The position numbers and the translations under genes are program-made. A stretch of 62,876 nucleotides of DNA, filler included, from Asterionella formosa (Eukaryota), in NCBI GenBank assembly GCA_002256025.1. It is 16 parts of 16 records of this genome, joined end to end, with 100 filler letters (N's around TTAATTAATTAA, not from the genome) between each part and the next. Parts side by side here need not be neighbours in the genome. Positions count along the whole stretch, not along the records: positions 58,793 to 60,784 come from NKIB01000685.1; positions 60,885 to 62,876 come from NKIB01000686.1; 14 more parts are not named here. One strand, 5' to 3'. The notes beneath the pieces are model-generated. The model ran no database searches. It was given only the letters and a program-made list of their open reading frames with translations, and had not been told where the DNA came from. Each line of letters begins with the position of its first letter. The first letter of the stretch is position 1. Shown here in pieces: positions 58,971 through 62,876 of the stretch.

Positions 58971-60784
58971 TTACTTAGAAGTACCCGAATGGCAAGACGA
59001 TAGCTGGAGCGGGAATTGCTTCAACAACTCAGATGAGTTGCTGGGAATTCGTGGTGTCAACCAATGAATTGTGTGGGAGTTTGCTTCTTCGATTGTAGGT
59101 AGGCAAACATTGAATGTAAGAAGTTTTTCATCATCAGTGAACAATAGTTTAATCTGAATGTCGTCAACCTCAATGCATTGCAAACTGCCATCCCGTTCAG
59201 AAATGTCATGAACAATAACATTATTACGCCTCATCACATGAGTGTTGATCAGCGCTTCTGTTTGTTCTGGTCTTTCATCAAAGGCTGCTCCCCCCAACCC
59301 AAGTAAATAGGTTTCTTTTGCTTCTGGATGTTCATAAGCAGTGACTGCATTGACAATTGGAAGAGTAGGTCCATCCATATTGGCCCCCCAACCATGCAGT
59401 TTTGCGCTCTTGCTCACATTTTCCAGAACTCTCCATCCTCCGACTCCGCCAATGACCTCAAATTCAGTTCCTCCATCAAGCACAACCCTTGCTGCTTCCC
59501 CCAGAATGCGTCCACGTCGGAGTACTGGGTTGCGACGTCCCTTTTTCTTTTTCCTGGGAGTCTCCTTCTTAGATTTCTTCTTTTGGGTAATTGTTGTAGA
59601 ATTTATTTCCTGGTCACTATCATCTCCATCGTCCTCACTGTCTTTGTCATCAGAGTCCTTGATTTTCACATGAGGTGTAGCCGTATCACATAATCCAGAA
59701 GCTGAGGTCTTTGTCCTTCTAGCCTTCTTCTTGCGCTTTCTTGTCTTTGGCTTGTTCTTGGAGTGGCATCCCTCGTCAGATTCGACTGAGTTGTCATCTT
59801 TCTTGGCATCTCCATTGGCGCCAGTCAACTCGTCGACACGAATTGCCCTTCCTTCATTATTCCAGACACTTCTCCACTTAAATAGATCTTTCTTGATAGA
59901 ATTGGATTTAATTGTATTGAGTAGGTGTGTGGGGAGGAAAGGAATTTGGTTGTCTTTAGATGATTTAGGTGTGGCTCCACCTTTACTTGTAAAAGTTGTT
60001 GCACGCCTTGCCTTGGTGGAACTCTCTCGTGAGAATCTTTCCAATTCCTGTTCTCTGCTCCGAATACGTTGAACACACTCATCAAAAGTCTTGTTGGTGT
60101 CACCACGAAGGTTCTGAACGCAAACATCATAGTCTTCATCCTCAATTTGATCAAGGAATTTAGTCCGCTTTGTTGCTTCAGTGTAGCCTTCATGTTTATC
60201 TTCCAACTTTCGACTGCAGAGGATGAACGTGTTTATGTACTCGTTAGCTTTCACCTTATTGGACAGTCGTAACTCATTGAGTTGATTCCTGTAGTGATCA
60301 ATAAGGGTCCTTGATACTTCTGCTTTTCCATACCACATCTTTAATCCAGTCCAGGCATCATGTCCACTCTGGAGCCCATTTGCATCAATTATATGATGTG
60401 CAGTCCCCTTATACAGTGCTTTCTTCAGCATGTTGTATAATTCACGGTCACGTGCCATACCTACTGTATCAGCTGGTACTGGCTTGCCTGTACCTGTCAA
60501 AAGTGTTGCATATGCCGTCTGCCCAAGTGTTGCACCTGTACCAATGTACCATTCCTCCCAGTTGATTGGATCCCCGGAAAAATCCTAGAGTGAATCAACA
60601 TATATTTTCGGGGCCCCACGCGTAGGGTCTACAGGCATGGCTGGTACTGCTGGTACAACTGCTTGTGCCGTAGTGGCCATGGGCATGCTTAGTGTCACCA
60701 TGACATTCTGCATAGTTGTTTGGACGTTTACGACATGTCCTCTTGCGAGAAATGTCCCAAGTCTTGCCAACTTGCGCCTAAGCA
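58971..60784 (-). mobile_element. Copia (CoDi-like) gag-protease region with one in-frame stop
   Basis: FSGDPINWEEW, LYNMLKKALYKGTAHH, SGHDAW, KFLDQIEDEDY, a basic/acidic linker and protease-like VLDGGTE. TAG at 60585-60587 separates two in-frame ORFs. Confidence 0.78.
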
Positions 60785-61152
60785 NNNNNNNNNNNNNNNN
60801 NNNNNNNNNNNNNNNNNNNNNNNNNNNNTTAATTAATTAANNNNNNNNNNNNNNNNNNNNNNNNNNNNNNNNNNNNNNNNNNNNATTGTGCTGAGCAGTG
60901 CATCAGAACTCAATAATACGCATATATAAAGCAGTGCAACAACCATATTACTGTAGTGCCATGGCTTGAAGCTCTTGTCGAGAGGTGCATAAATCATTTC
61001 TACTATTAAAATGATTTTTGCTGATATACTAATTGCATCAGGTACTTTCTACAATTTACATTGGTACCTAGTCATGATTCATATAATGACAATTATCTAT
61101 GATATTTCCATTCGCTTTCCTAATTCTCTGACTGGACAATGCCGTATCAATT

Positions 61153-62374
61153 TCACTGTTCATAGAAGAAAGACTGGAACTTAAACGACTCATACCCAGA
61201 CTTGAGAATGGTGCTGGGAACATGCTTTGCCCGAGCTTCGTGTTGACCATATGTATCAATATAGTTCATGGCTCCCAAGCGTTCTGAACGATCAGAATTC
61301 TTGCCCATCCAAACAAAAATCTCCCATCCCGAATCAAGCAAAAAGGTATCTGCCTCGTCCAATAAGGCTTTGTCAATCTTTGGTGATGCACTGGTCCAAC
61401 CAATCTTGATGGGCTCGCCTTCAGCGACCACTTCGGGAGCACCTCCGCCAAGGCGGTAAAGTTTTGGCGTAAACTCCGAAACCTCTTCATCGCTTGTATC
61501 ATCACCTTGGCAAATGTCAGCGGCGTCACCAGCAAGAATCGCCCAAAACTCCTCAGCGGAATCGTCGTTGGCACCTTGGTCCAAAACCACAGCGGTACAT
61601 TCCGTCGCCATTCCCTCGGCAAGCGTATTGGCGCGCATACGCTCTTCTGGACTTGACTTAAGTGAATTATTATAGTAGAGTGGAAAAGCGTCAGGTAGAA
61701 TACATAGAGAAAAAACACAGTATGCATAACTGAGCGAGACTTACATTTTGTCCATTCCAGACGAAGACTTTTTCCTTGTCGCACACGAGGATGAAGCTGT
61801 CTCCACTGTTCAAGGAGGAACACTCGACAGGAAGCTCGGTCAATGACATGGCCTTTTCAGTTCCTTTGACTCTGTAAAGCTGAGGCTCGTCGACAGTTTC
61901 CTCGACGTGGCGGAACCCAGACTCGACGCCGCCAGAAAGGTACAGCAAACGCCCCCCAAAGTACTCCTTAAACATGTCGCTTTCGCACCCTTGAACTTCA
62001 CGGTGCTGAACAGCGATTCCGCCTATTAAGTCATCGCACTCAACCATCTTGTATGCAGCGGTGCCGTATTCGTCTTGACTGGACTTGCTTCCGATCCAAA
62101 TGTGAAGGTCGTGGAGAAGTTTGGGATCATCTTCCCCCTCTACGTAGGAGTGCAATACAATGTAGGAGTCGCCTTCGTGGAAACGACCGTACTTGGTATC
62201 AGGCCACTCGGCAACCTTGAACTGCTCAATGCGCCAAACTTTGAGGCATGCCTCCTGTCCGACATCGCCCCATTGCACTTCATTCTCAGCTGCGGCCTCG
62301 CGGATCTTCTTGTCCAAATCAGAGCCAATGCCAGCCAAATTGGATTCTTCCCAAGGAACGCGGTTTTCAGCCAT
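61153..62374 (-). CDS. Severin/fragmin/gelsolin-family actin-severing protein, 2 exons: 62374-61745 and 61656-61153, about 377 aa
   Basis: VWRIEQF, FHEGDSYIVL, WIGSKSSQDEYGTAAYKMVE, QHREVQG, GGVESGF, LNSGDSFIL, FLLDSGWEIFVWMG. An 88-nt GTAAGT...AAG intron restores the frame. Confidence 0.92.
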
Positions 62375-62513
62375 GATGGTTAAGGCGATAGAAGTCAGAA
62401 ATGGTTTCAATGCCGATGACGATTCACTTGTGTGATTGGTGGCTTGCTTCCGTTCTGTTTCTTGTGTCTGTCTATAACCAAAAGAAATCACCTTCCAGCC
62501 GCAATCATACGAC

Positions 62514-62876
62514 AGTACCTGGTACCAGGTACCTCGTACCCTGGTACCGGTACCGGTTCTGGTACAAGGTACTTACTCCTACATGGATTATACAGACGAA
62601 GATATGGCACGAACCGGTAGGAATGTCTAAATAATTCTCAGTGCCGTAGTACCATTACTGCCAGGCAACACACGTGGCTGGTACCCTGGTACCTGGTACT
62701 GGTACCGTGGTACCAGGTACAGTAATCTGGATCTTTTCACACCAGAGTCCCGCCGCGTATCTACCGGTACTATAGACTACCGGTACCTGGTATCATACTG
62801 TAATTCCCCAGAACATGCAGATCTGAAATGAATACCGTATTCCTATGTACGATACCTGCTTCCAGGTACCAGGGTA
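62514..62876. repeat. GGTACC / TACCWGGTA / TACCGGTA array upstream of the severin gene
   Basis: GTACCTGGTACCAGGTACCTCGTACCCTGGTACCGGTACCGG and further clusters at about 62680-62720, 62760-62792 and 62860-62876. Confidence 0.88.

Noticed and set aside
37841..62876. Apparent island clustering a recombinase, several transposases, a RAD51 paralog and kinases
   Set aside because: Each lies on its own ~2-kb contig, so there is no physical linkage. Short contigs are simply enriched in repeats.
1..62876. RNA-guided nuclease (Fanzor/TnpB/IscB), tRNA or rRNA genes
   Set aside because: I recognised no RuvC/zinc-finger motif set and no structured RNA gene by eye. A covariance-model and HMM scan would be needed to exclude them fully.

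Overview
This window is eukaryotic nuclear DNA, most likely from a diatom. The inference rests on a diatom-type phytochrome, an 'ASSAF' bipartite plastid presequence, CoDi-like Copia elements and short GT-AG introns. It is not one locus: it is 16 unrelated contigs joined by 15 artificial 100-nt linkers (N44-TTAATTAATTAA-N44), so adjacency across linkers means nothing. One 31-kb contig (6295-37740) carries host genes: an ankyrin-repeat pseudokinase, an SDR reductase, a full phytochrome (PAS-GAF-PHY-HisKA-HATPase-REC), an M6 metalloprotease with a mucin-like stalk and three Ig-like repeats, a plastid M41-like peptidase, a membrane protein, a UAA nucleotide-sugar transporter and a spliced microprotein, plus transposon relics. 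The ~2-kb contigs are mostly mobile DNA: a catalytically intact Crypton tyrosine recombinase and a decayed relative, a Plavaka/CACTA-like transposase, a PIF/Harbinger pseudogene, a pogo-like relic and two Copia pieces. They also hold a RAD51 paralog, a kinase-ARM protein, an acylated cNMP-binding protein and a severin/gelsolin. Two non-coding signals are unexplained: dense intergenic arrays of TA-bounded palindromic units (TA-CCWGG-TA, TA-CCGG-TA), possibly accumulated transposon excision footprints, and ~21-22-bp phased AATTAYGTG arrays on several contigs. All calls are from reading motifs by eye; no searches were run.
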